Source: Flavobacteriales bacterium (GTDB lineage: Bacteria > Bacteroidota > Bacteroidia > Flavobacteriales_D > Parvicellaceae). From it: 64,000 nt of DNA. Position numbers and translations under genes: made by a program. Positions 18,167 to 26,733 of this stretch are shown here, piece by piece. The first letter of the stretch is position 1. The number at the start of each line of letters is the position of its first letter. The notes under the pieces are model-generated. The model saw only the letters and a program-made list of their open reading frames with translations, was not told the DNA's origin and ran no database searches. The stretch spans positions 45,435-109,434 of the forward strand of contig JAHDGY010000001.1 in assembly GCA_020631555.1 (NCBI GenBank), in the 5' to 3' direction.

Positions 18167-20911
18167 TCAGTTGCAAAGTGTACAAAAACGTGCTTCTTCT
18201 CGATGAACAAACGGCTGACTATTGTCCAGAATAATCCCTATTTGGTGCTTCAATTCCTCCTCAAAACTATCAAGAAGCTGATCACTTATCCCAAAATCGT
18301 TACCCTGTTGAGCCACCAATAATCCAGATTTGTAACTCTTTAAGGAGTAGATACCCGAAACCATGTAAGTACAATCTGAGTACTGATCCTTGGCCATCAG
18401 AGCATACAGTAATAATTGCAGAGCCTTTGGTTTTCCTTCGTTCGAAAATAATTCGTCTACTTCCTTAAAATTGACGTCTTTAGAAACTGTTTGTCCCGTT
18501 TTGTAATCAATCACCCTTAGCGTTGGCCCAATTCTATCAATTCTATCTGCCTTTCCTCTTAACTTCACCGGAATAATCTGATCGTTAACCTTAATTTCAA
18601 GCATTTTATTCAAGTCTTGCTCCAAAGATTGAATAATTATTGGTGCTGAACATTCCTTAATCATCTCCATTTCTTGAGCTAAAAATCTCTGAATATACTG
18701 GGCCGCAACATCAATTGTCAACAAATTTTTACCTCTGGGTTTTGCAAGTCGTGAATATTCAGACTTAAACTCCGATTCCAACTCTTGTTTAATTCGAGGC
18801 AACATGTTCTGAACTCCAGCAACCGTTAATGGAACGCCAATCCAAGGCGTATAAAGCCTTTCTAACACATTATGAATCATTGTTCCAAAAGTCGAAGACT
18901 CAACACTCTCTTCTACCTGTGTTGGTTCGTTAATCCCAAGTATGTAGAGATAATAAAAATCCAAAGGACAATTTATGAATGTGTTAATCGCGGAAGGTGA
19001 CAATCCGGAAGCAAATAGATCCTGCAGCGACGATTGAACGTTTTCCGATTTAAAAACGGACGTTGGCTGAGCTGCTCTGCGACTCAATTGATTGCCAAAT
19101 TTTCGACGGGTAGTCGATGGAAATTCGTATTCCAATTGTGTAATATACCTGCTCTGCTCGCCACTACTAAACCCTTCATTTTGGTTGCTATATAAGATAT
19201 AGACCTTTTTACATCGTTGGATCAAGCGATAAAAATAGTAGGCGTAAATGGCATCCTTTTCTTTAAATGTTGGCAAATCATGGTAAAGCTTCAGATCGTA
19301 TGGGATAAATGAATTTTCTTTTCGGCCCTTAGGAAGTATATCCTCATTCGCTGAAAGTAAAATAACGGTTTCAAAGTCCAAAGCTCTTGTCTCAAGCATT
19401 CCCATAACCTGTAAGCCGACTACCGGGTCTCCAAAATAGGACAAACTTTGTTGCCCTATGAGTTGTCTTGTGAGAGTAAGAAGTACACCGGCATTATTCG
19501 CAAATTCATGCCCTTTGGCCAGCAAGCTCACTTGGGTAATCAAACGCTCATATTGATACAGTTCTTCTAAAACAACCCTATTATCCGATGCCGCAACCAC
19601 AATGTCTTTAACACGGCCAAAAGTTCTTTCCAGGCAATCAGCCGGATCAGTCCACCGTTCAAATAAAAACAACACCTCACTAACAGACTCAATGTTGGAC
19701 TCTAGCAATTGTTTGACACCAACAAAACCAAGATTATGACCTTCTACCCAATCTCGAATAGACGAAGCCAAACCCCATTTCGATTCCAATCCTTTCAATA
19801 GCGGATGATCAAGGATTTCCAGTAGCTCCTTGTAACCGATGGCAGAAGAATTGTAATCTTGATACCTTTTCTGAATTTGAAGAATGGTATTGATCAAACT
19901 ATGTATCGAAGAATGTCGCAACGGGTAACCCATTGTAACGTTTACTGCATCCACACATTCCGGAATATTCTCTAAAACAGAATGTAATAATGATTCATCT
20001 GCTAGAATCAAACCGGTGTTGTTGCTCCCATTGTTTGCATGTTCGGTCGCCAAAAGTTCCCGGGCAATTTTTGCCTGTCCAATTGAACTAGAACACGAAA
20101 TAACCTCAACCGACTTTTCTTCAGACCAATGATTCTGAGGCTGAGCAAATTTCATCCAATTCCATTCCTTCGCAAATTTTCTGTAAAACAGACCTGCTTC
20201 TTGATTTTGATTTTCTGTGTACGAACAATCCACATCCCAAAGCACCGAACAATGAACAGTTCTGCATAACGACTTGATAACCTTTTGCTCCGATTTAGAA
20301 AGAGCATTTAAACCTGCCACCAAGACAAAATCAAAAGGAAATGCCTTAACCTTGTTCTCCATCTCCAATGCCGCTCTGCGATAAGCCATTCCACTGGACA
20401 TTATTTCCTGTTCATCTAACTTTGCGCGCAATCCAAAATATAAATCTGGAATTTGTTCCCAAAACTGTAAAAACCTCTTTTGCCCCTCCGAAAGTTCCGT
20501 GCTATTGAAACTCCAGGCTTCAATGTCTTTTATGCTAGATAGGTTTCTAAAAATATCTGCCGGATCAACTAATTGGCGGTCAATCTCATTGAAATCAGCA
20601 AGAAGTTGCGGAGCCCAAGCCATGAATTGTTCGAAATCCTCAGGCTCATCAGCAGAACTTTTGTACACCTCATAAAACTCGAACAATAACTGAATAGGAT
20701 CGATAGTTTCTGCGTCTACCACCCACTTTATGAGTTCATCTACCGTTGATATTCGGGGACAAAAAAATGTACCACCAATTTCGTTTTCCAAAACCGTACG
20801 TAACTGAATACCGGCACGTTTGGAGGGCAAAATCACCCAAGCAGACCCAAAATTTTCATTTTTGACGTGATGGGTTAATTCGTCGACAACTTCGTGAATG
20901 AATGTTCGCAT
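18167..20911 (-). CDS. PD-(D/E)XK nuclease family protein, AddB-like
   Basis: 914-aa ORF with a degenerate helicase-like N-terminal two thirds. The C-terminal nuclease block has GKADRIDRI...RVIDYKTGQ...QLLLYAL. Cysteines flank this block (FINCPLDF upstream, FCTLCN at the very end). Confidence 0.7.
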   Translation of the reverse strand: MRTFIHEVVDELTHHVKNENFGSAWVILPSKRAGIQLRTVLENEIGGTFFCPRISTVDELIKWVVDAETIDPIQLLFEFYEVYKSSADEPEDFEQFMAWAPQLLADFNEIDRQLVDPADIFRNLSSIKDIEAWSFNSTELSEGQKRFLQFWEQIPDLYFGLRAKLDEQEIMSSGMAYRRAALEMENKVKAFPFDFVLVAGLNALSKSEQKVIKSLCRTVHCSVLWDVDCSYTENQNQEAGLFYRKFAKEWNWMKFAQPQNHWSEEKSVEVISCSSSIGQAKIARELLATEHANNGSNNTGLILADESLLHSVLENIPECVDAVNVTMGYPLRHSSIHSLINTILQIQKRYQDYNSSAIGYKELLEILDHPLLKGLESKWGLASSIRDWVEGHNLGFVGVKQLLESNIESVSEVLFLFERWTDPADCLERTFGRVKDIVVAASDNRVVLEELYQYERLITQVSLLAKGHEFANNAGVLLTLTRQLIGQQSLSYFGDPVVGLQVMGMLETRALDFETVILLSANEDILPKGRKENSFIPYDLKLYHDLPTFKEKDAIYAYYFYRLIQRCKKVYILYSNQNEGFSSGEQSRYITQLEYEFPSTTRRKFGNQLSRRAAQPTSVFKSENVQSSLQDLFASGLSPSAINTFINCPLDFYYLYILGINEPTQVEESVESSTFGTMIHNVLERLYTPWIGVPLTVAGVQNMLPRIKQELESEFKSEYSRLAKPRGKNLLTIDVAAQYIQRFLAQEMEMIKECSAPIIIQSLEQDLNKMLEIKVNDQIIPVKLRGKADRIDRIGPTLRVIDYKTGQTVSKDVNFKEVDELFSNEGKPKALQLLLYALMAKDQYSDCTYMVSGIYSLKSYKSGLLVAQQGNDFGISDQLLDSFEEELKHQIGIILDNSQPFVHREEARFCTLCN

Positions 20912-21556
20912 TTATTCTTTTATCCGAAAACCATTGCTAATGAAAGCTACAAACTCTTGAAAACCTTGACGCGAGGTAACTGTACTTAAAATAATAGAAA
21001 CCAAACTAGGCGAATCCTTCTTCATACGATTCGAGCCACTTTCTGAATTTGGAGTTGACTTTTCGATCGTCGCATTTTTGCGTTTCTCAGGTGTTCCACT
21101 CTCTGGTGCTTGTAAAACAATTCCTCTTTCTTTAAGAACAGAACTTAAATCTTCCGCCTTAGTAAAACTGACATTTGCCTGTTTTTGACGGCCCAATTTC
21201 TCCTGTAAAAGCCCAAGGTTATTGAAGGCAATTGCGTCTTCCGGATCTAACTCTACACATTTCTCATAGTCAGCAATTGCTCCGAGCGTATCCCCAAGAG
21301 CTTCTTTTATGTACGCTCTACTGGAATAACGATAGCTATACTCCGGGTCTAACATTACGGATTGGTTCATGTCAGCAAGAGCTTCAATAGTTCTATTCAA
21401 ATGAAAACGAACAACCCCTCGCAAAGAATAAATTTCCGCATTATTTGGATCTTCTTCAATAGCCTTGGAATAGGACACCTCAGCTAGAGGATATAATTTG
21501 TCCTTCTGCCGCTGCACTCCCTGCTCAAAATGACTGTTCGCCTTCATAGAAAACAA
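20912..21556 (-). CDS. TPR-repeat protein
   Basis: 214-aa ORF with three or four TPR-like units (for example AEIYSLRGVVRFHLNRTIEALADMNQSVMLDPE and ALGDTLGAIADYEKCVELDPE). Its stop codon abuts the nuclease gene start, with 0-nt spacing. Confidence 0.7.
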   Translation of the reverse strand: MFSMKANSHFEQGVQRQKDKLYPLAEVSYSKAIEEDPNNAEIYSLRGVVRFHLNRTIEALADMNQSVMLDPEYSYRYSSRAYIKEALGDTLGAIADYEKCVELDPEDAIAFNNLGLLQEKLGRQKQANVSFTKAEDLSSVLKERGIVLQAPESGTPEKRKNATIEKSTPNSESGSNRMKKDSPSLVSIILSTVTSRQGFQEFVAFISNGFRIKE

Positions 21557-21776
21557 AGTTAAAACAAGTTGCGAAATGTTTTAATAGCGTCTCTATCCTT
21601 AGCAATTTTAAACAATTGATACCTTTACCTGCATAAAAAACCATGTTATCATGAATTCACCCTCAAAGGCACTTTGGAATTCGGTGCGGCATAAATCATT
21701 CATCAAAATATTGACCTAAAACAGCTCATAACCAGCAGTATTTATTATGTTTCGTATACATACTATTCATGACTCT

Positions 21777-24700
21777 ATGAAAGAAAAGTTGATCACTTTT
21801 GTTTTCTTGCTGGTTGCTAGTTGTTGCCTTGGACAGGCTCCGTTTACCATCAACTACCAAGCAGTTGTTCGCACCGCGGACAGAAGCACCCTTTCTTCTC
21901 AAGTAATAAATGTTCAATTCAGCGTTCATTCGTTTTCAGCCAATGGACCGTTGGAATACCAAGAAGAACATTTGGGCTTAAGCACAAACGAGTTTGGTTT
22001 ATTTAGTGCACGTATTGGTTCAGGGACTTCAACTAACTCAGGAAACAACTCGACTTTGAACAAGTTGGATTGGGCCAAATCCAATTTCTACTTATCTGTA
22101 GAAGTAGACGTTGATGACGGAAATGGTTATCAAAAAATTGGGGAAGATCAATTCGTTTCGGTGCCCTACGCTTTGCATGCTGCGGTTGCCGACAGTCTAT
22201 CGGGAAAGATAAATCTTAGCGAAATTGTCAGTATCAATTTGACCAACGACAATGTGCTATCATTAGTAAAATCAGACAGCACCACACTTCAAGTAGATCT
22301 TTCCAACATTTCTACAGGTTCAAATATCTCCTTTAGTGAAAACGGCGACAGTTTGCTTATCAGCGGCGGTAAAGGAGTTCAGCTCTCACCGATTATTCCA
22401 CTGGCAGGAAACGTATTACAATGGGACGGGACCGAATGGACAGCAGACGAAATCCCCGCCCCGAGTAAAATTGTAAGTCAGGATGGCTTTACAACAATTC
22501 AAGCACTTAATGATAATTCATTCCAGATTAACGCTGACAGTAAGAACGTTGTTAATTATAGTCTATTTAAAGGATTGCGATTTGGTTCCGGAATCACCTC
22601 TACCGGTTCAGATTACTCTTTTACTGATCTTAATGGTGATTTTAACACCTCTCTTAAAATAGCAGGAAAGGAATCCGAATTATCATTAACTAACAGCCTA
22701 CCATCTTTTAATCCAACTGCCTCAAACCAAATTGTTGGGACGATTAACTTTCGCGGACAGGCAGGGTTCTCCCAATATCACTCATTGGGAGCAATAAGAG
22801 GTGTAACCGACACCACTGTGTCTCAAGAAGGCGCTAAAGGCCATTTGGAATTTCTTACGACTGGCAGCAACTTCCTGCAAACCGAAAAAATGAGGGTCGG
22901 TAGTGACGGTAGAGTGGGAATTGGTGTTCAAAAACCGACGGCCATTTTAGACGTAAACCGAGATGGAGGAACCATTCGAATACCAAGGAAATCTGCCGCC
23001 GGAGACCCTGCAGGATTAGACGGAATGATTTATTACAACCAGGCTTTTAAATCCTTTAGAATGCATGAAAACGGCCAATGGAAAAACTGGAGAGGGACAG
23101 GATACAAAGGCTGGTCATTGTCTGGAGACTCTTTACTAGGCAATTCGCAACCATTTATTGGATCTTTAGATTCTGCTAATTTGGAATTCCGCACAAATAA
23201 CCAAACTGCGATGATAATTACGCCTTCAGGTAACATTGGAATAAACAACGTAATGCCCAATGAAAAGCTAGCAATTGGCGGAAACTTTGCACAGGCTCAT
23301 CAGACTAACGGAAATTCGGGACTGCTAACAAGCCAAAACCTAATTACAATTTTCAACAGCGGAGCTAGTTCGAAAGGTTTTGTAGCGAGAAAAAACCTAT
23401 TAACTTTTACTGGCAATGCAGGACACAGTGGCAGTGCATTAACAAATACAGAACTTGCTGGAAGCCTGGACCACATTGACATTAGCACAACAGGACCAAT
23501 TTCGGAAGCATCAGGAGGTATTCAAGGACTCAGCACATCTTTATCTGCAAACACAATTTCTATAGCAATGGGGTCTCTAAATTTCGTGCGCCACAAATCG
23601 AATGGGAGCATTGCAATTGCAATTGCAACAAACTCCCAACTTGCAAATTTCGGAAACGGGAATATTCAAAAAGGTATTGGTCAACTTATTAGTGTAACAG
23701 ACAGCGAATCTGGAACTATTCAAAATAGCTACGGCCTTTACGTTGAAGACATCGAAGATGGATTGGGAGAAAATTACTCCATTTTCACCAAAGCGGGAGA
23801 TATTCTACTGAACGCTTACAATCACTCCTCTTCACGTTTTATAGTTAGAGGTTCTATTGATGACAATCTGATTTGCACTAACCCTATTATCAACACAGTA
23901 GGAATAGGAACCAAATCAGCAAAAGAAAAACTTCATGTAAATGGCCGACTTTGTTTAGAACCAACGAGTCACCCTTCCATCACTACCAATCGCCTATACA
24001 ATAGTGGCAATAAACTGTACTGGAATGGCATCCGATTAGACACTGCAAAAGGGTTGAATGGAAGCTTAGTAAAAGATGCGGATGGAGACACTTACATCGA
24101 CGCTGACAATTCGGACGATGATAAAATTCACTTTTTTGATAAAAGTGTTTCGGGAACCAAAGAATTCTTCACCATGAACGACGGAAGGTTGTCAGTTCAA
24201 AATACTGGAGGTTCGATTTTTTTAGGTGAATTGGCAGGTGTTGCGGATAATTTGCAAAACAACCGAAACATTTTTGTTGGTCGCTCAGCTGGAACAAACA
24301 ACGTTGACGGCCAAACCAATATAGGAATTGGAGAGCTTTCTCTGGCCGCGTGTGTCAGCGGATCAAATAATATTGCGTTGGGCAACTCTGCACTCCGTTC
24401 AAATTTAGGCAACGACAACATAAGTATAGGTGTTCGAACTTTGCAAGCTAATAATTCAGGAACCGGAAATATTGCTGTTGGTGTAGAAACGCTGAGAAGT
24501 AATGTCAACGGTTCGGAAAATACTAGTATAGGTAATCGAACCATGCTTCTCACCACTACAGGCTCCAATAATTCAACACTAGGTTCAAGAGCAATGAGAG
24601 CACTTTCAGTGGGAAATAACAACAGTGCGATCGGAATGTCAGCGCTAGAATCTTTAGGCACGGGCAATCAAAATTCGGCAGTCGGTAGTTATGCCCTGCG

Positions 24701-25535
24701 GAGCCTAAATGGAAACGCAAATACTAGTATCGGCTTTAGTGCTGGCGAGGCTTTATTGTCTGGATCGAACAACACATTCATAGGGGCAAATTCAAATGTT
24801 ATTAGCGCCGTCCCTTACAACAATGTAACAGTTATTGGAGCGAATGCAAGTGTAGCTCAAAGTAATTCGGTTATTCTTGGAAACAACGCAAACGTAGGAA
24901 TTGGAACCCCTGCCCCACAATCCAAATTGGATGTGCGGGGGAAGGCAGTGCTGGATTCATTAAATATTAACAATCAATATGACTTCCCTTCTATCGCAGG
25001 AAACTATGGTCAAGTCATGGTTTTGGACTCGTTAAATCAGCTTCGATGGAAAAACCTAACTGCTAGCAGTGGTAGTAGCAGTGGCTGGAACATGAATAAT
25101 GACCTGTTGTTCGTAAAAGGCCAAAACACATTTGTAGGAATTGGAACAGAAACCCCAACTCATGAACTGGAGGTGGAAGGAAATGTTCATTTGGTAGGAG
25201 ATGAAAATCGATTGTCAAGGCATTCTTCGCAAGCAGATTTGCTGCCGCTGATTTATGCGGTATCCGACGAGAATGGAAATAAAAACGCGTCATCCAGCAC
25301 GGGTGATTGCAATATTTCAAAAGTTTCAGAAGGGACGTATGTTATTGAATACAATGGAAGTCGCACATTTTCACCTATTAACCCTGCAATGGTGCAGGTA
25401 ACTCCGAATGGCTCTGGAAAAATTATGGCCAGTTATGAACTTACTGCTCCCAACGAAATTACAATTTATACGTACAAAATGCCTTTAGGAAATGCAGAAG
25501 ACTGTTCATTTTCAGTGCTAGTTTACAAGCCTTAA
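21777..25535 (+). CDS. Large repeat-rich cell-surface protein (tail-fibre/YadA-head-like Gly-Asn repeats)
   Basis: The signal or lipoprotein-like N-terminus MKEKLITFVFLLVASCC follows ATG 21777. A conserved N-terminal module follows (FTINYQAVVR...NEFGLFSARIG...FYLSVEVDVDDGNGYQKIGEDQFVSVPYALHA). About 11 tandem 16-17-residue N-x-x-I-G-x-x-A-L units come later. I see no T9SS C-terminal domain at its end. Confidence 0.75.
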   Translation: MKEKLITFVFLLVASCCLGQAPFTINYQAVVRTADRSTLSSQVINVQFSVHSFSANGPLEYQEEHLGLSTNEFGLFSARIGSGTSTNSGNNSTLNKLDWAKSNFYLSVEVDVDDGNGYQKIGEDQFVSVPYALHAAVADSLSGKINLSEIVSINLTNDNVLSLVKSDSTTLQVDLSNISTGSNISFSENGDSLLISGGKGVQLSPIIPLAGNVLQWDGTEWTADEIPAPSKIVSQDGFTTIQALNDNSFQINADSKNVVNYSLFKGLRFGSGITSTGSDYSFTDLNGDFNTSLKIAGKESELSLTNSLPSFNPTASNQIVGTINFRGQAGFSQYHSLGAIRGVTDTTVSQEGAKGHLEFLTTGSNFLQTEKMRVGSDGRVGIGVQKPTAILDVNRDGGTIRIPRKSAAGDPAGLDGMIYYNQAFKSFRMHENGQWKNWRGTGYKGWSLSGDSLLGNSQPFIGSLDSANLEFRTNNQTAMIITPSGNIGINNVMPNEKLAIGGNFAQAHQTNGNSGLLTSQNLITIFNSGASSKGFVARKNLLTFTGNAGHSGSALTNTELAGSLDHIDISTTGPISEASGGIQGLSTSLSANTISIAMGSLNFVRHKSNGSIAIAIATNSQLANFGNGNIQKGIGQLISVTDSESGTIQNSYGLYVEDIEDGLGENYSIFTKAGDILLNAYNHSSSRFIVRGSIDDNLICTNPIINTVGIGTKSAKEKLHVNGRLCLEPTSHPSITTNRLYNSGNKLYWNGIRLDTAKGLNGSLVKDADGDTYIDADNSDDDKIHFFDKSVSGTKEFFTMNDGRLSVQNTGGSIFLGELAGVADNLQNNRNIFVGRSAGTNNVDGQTNIGIGELSLAACVSGSNNIALGNSALRSNLGNDNISIGVRTLQANNSGTGNIAVGVETLRSNVNGSENTSIGNRTMLLTTTGSNNSTLGSRAMRALSVGNNNSAIGMSALESLGTGNQNSAVGSYALRSLNGNANTSIGFSAGEALLSGSNNTFIGANSNVISAVPYNNVTVIGANASVAQSNSVILGNNANVGIGTPAPQSKLDVRGKAVLDSLNINNQYDFPSIAGNYGQVMVLDSLNQLRWKNLTASSGSSSGWNMNNDLLFVKGQNTFVGIGTETPTHELEVEGNVHLVGDENRLSRHSSQADLLPLIYAVSDENGNKNASSSTGDCNISKVSEGTYVIEYNGSRTFSPINPAMVQVTPNGSGKIMASYELTAPNEITIYTYKMPLGNAEDCSFSVLVYKP
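24267..24900 (+). repeat. In-frame tandem coding repeats (period about 48-51 nt) inside the surface protein gene
   Basis: Successive units are NIFVGRSAGTNNVDGQT, NIGIGELSLAACVSGSN, NIALGNSALRSNLGNDN, ISIGVRTLQANNSGTG, NIAVGVETLRSNVNGSE, NTSIGNRTMLLTTTGSN, NSTLGSRAMRALSVGNN, NSAIGMSALESLGTGNQ, NSAVGSYALRSLNGNA, NTSIGFSAGEALLSGSN and NTFIGANSNV. Confidence 0.7.
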
Positions 25536-26035
25536 TGCGAAAGTTGATTTCCATACTACCTATTTGTTTTTTTGGAGCACAAGCTCTGGGGCAAATTAGT
25601 GCTGAACGAAGTGTAATTGGTTGTCTTGGCGGATCGAGTAAAATCGGTTCTACCCTTCGAGTAATGTATACTGCAGGCGAAGGAATAATTAGTACGAAGT
25701 CAAATCAATCACTCATCCTCACACAAGGTTTCAATCAAGGAAGTAAAGAACCAAACGTAGAGCTGTCGGTCCCCAATGCGTTTACACCAGATGGTGATCA
25801 AGTAAATGATTCGTGGCAAATTCCCGGGATAAATGAGTTCAGCGAAAATACTGTGGTGATTTTCAATCGCTGGGGAGACATTATTAAGAAATTTTCGAGC
25901 TACAACAATCAAAACAATTATTGGGCGGGTGATTATTCAAATGGGCAAAAGGTAATGCCAGGAACCTACTTCTACACGATAGAGATCCCCCAAGAAAACG
26001 CCTCCTTAAGTGGGTGGTTGCACATTGACTACTAA
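25535..26035 (+). CDS. Small secreted protein consisting mainly of a T9SS type B (gliding-motility-associated) C-terminal sorting domain
   Basis: 166 aa with its own signal peptide MRKLISILPICFFGAQALGQ. The type B CTD strings VPNAFTPDGDQVNDSWQIPGI, VVIFNRWGDII and PGTYFYTIEI follow. The start overlaps the upstream stop as TAATG. Confidence 0.8.
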   Translation: MRKLISILPICFFGAQALGQISAERSVIGCLGGSSKIGSTLRVMYTAGEGIISTKSNQSLILTQGFNQGSKEPNVELSVPNAFTPDGDQVNDSWQIPGINEFSENTVVIFNRWGDIIKKFSSYNNQNNYWAGDYSNGQKVMPGTYFYTIEIPQENASLSGWLHIDY

Positions 26036-26041
26036 AATCGT

Positions 26042-26188
26042 CTACCAAATTTTCACTAGCATTTCATCTGATCTACGCATTGGCTTTCCTTCTTGCACTC
26101 CGAAAGCTTTGAAAAAAGGAGGGGTGTTGGACAACGTTCCGTTTACACGATATTTTTTTGGAGTATGAGGATCAGTATTGATTCTTTC
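26042..26188 (-). pseudogene. C-terminal 48-codon remnant of an M13 (neprilysin/PepO-type) metallopeptidase gene
   Basis: The minus-strand frame reads ERINTDPHTPKKYRVNGTLSNTPPFFKAFGVQEGKPMRRSDEMLVKIW plus a stop. This is the characteristic M13 C-terminus, including the terminal IW. The frame is cut exactly at the IS scar at 26189. Confidence 0.75.
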
Positions 26189-26232
26189 GAGAGTGTTCGT
26201 TCAAGTCTGTCCAAGGTTAAAAAAACACTCTC
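26189..26232. mobile_element. 44-bp end-to-end scar of the IS256-like element
   Basis: The sequence is GAGAGTGTTCGTTCAAGTCTGTCCAAGGTTAAAAAAACACTCTC. Its 5' part matches the left end at 8879 with 3 substitutions, and its 3' part matches the right end at 9529. It has a perfect 9-nt terminal inverted repeat, GAGAGTGTT/AACACTCTC. Confidence 0.7.
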
Positions 26233-26280
26233 AAATATAATTCTCAAAAAGTTGATTTTGGAACACCTTCTATAGTTTAC

Positions 26281-26730
26281 TCACATTAGGACCATTTGAA
26301 TATGGTCTAAATCTTCTTCCAAGTACACCTCCCCAACACGCTCAAAGCCGAAATATTCATAATATCTTTGTAAATACAACTGGGCTGAAATTCTTACTGA
26401 AACTTTTCCAAACTCTTCGTGCACGCATTCAAGACATTTCTCCATTAGAGTTTTACCGATTCCTTTTCCACGCTGAGTTGACTCAAGGCAAACACGACCG
26501 ATAGAAACTTCAGAATACGATACTCCCGGAGGCAGTACACGAGCTGTAGCAATTATAGAATTGTTCGAACCTGTACCAATAACATGAAAACTGGGCTTAT
26601 CCTTAAGATCTAAATCTTGATAAATACAACCCTGCTCTACAACGAATACTTGATTTCTCAGAGCCAATAAATCATGAAGCTCATCTACGCTCAAATCTGA
26701 AAAAAGCTTCCAATTCCAGCTAACGGCCAT
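26281..26730 (-). CDS. elaA: ElaA-type GNAT acetyltransferase
   Basis: 149 aa. FSDLSVDELHDLLALRNQVFVVEQGCIYQDLD and RGKGIGKTLM...AQLYLQRYYEYFGF parallel E. coli ElaA along the whole length. Confidence 0.8.
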   Translation of the reverse strand: MAVSWNWKLFSDLSVDELHDLLALRNQVFVVEQGCIYQDLDLKDKPSFHVIGTGSNNSIIATARVLPPGVSYSEVSIGRVCLESTQRGKGIGKTLMEKCLECVHEEFGKVSVRISAQLYLQRYYEYFGFERVGEVYLEEDLDHIQMVLM

Positions 26731-26733
26731 GGT

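Noticed and set aside
24197-24667. 156-aa minus-strand ORF, together with the periodic DNA in 24267-24900 that might suggest a repeat array.
   Set aside because: The periodicity is the 48-51-nt in-frame coding repeat of the surface protein. The units are degenerate at the DNA level and have no spacer/repeat architecture, so this is neither a CRISPR array nor a separate gene.
26093-26275. 60-aa plus-strand ORF.
   Set aside because: It spans the M13 peptidase remnant on the opposite strand and the 44-bp IS scar, so it is accidental.
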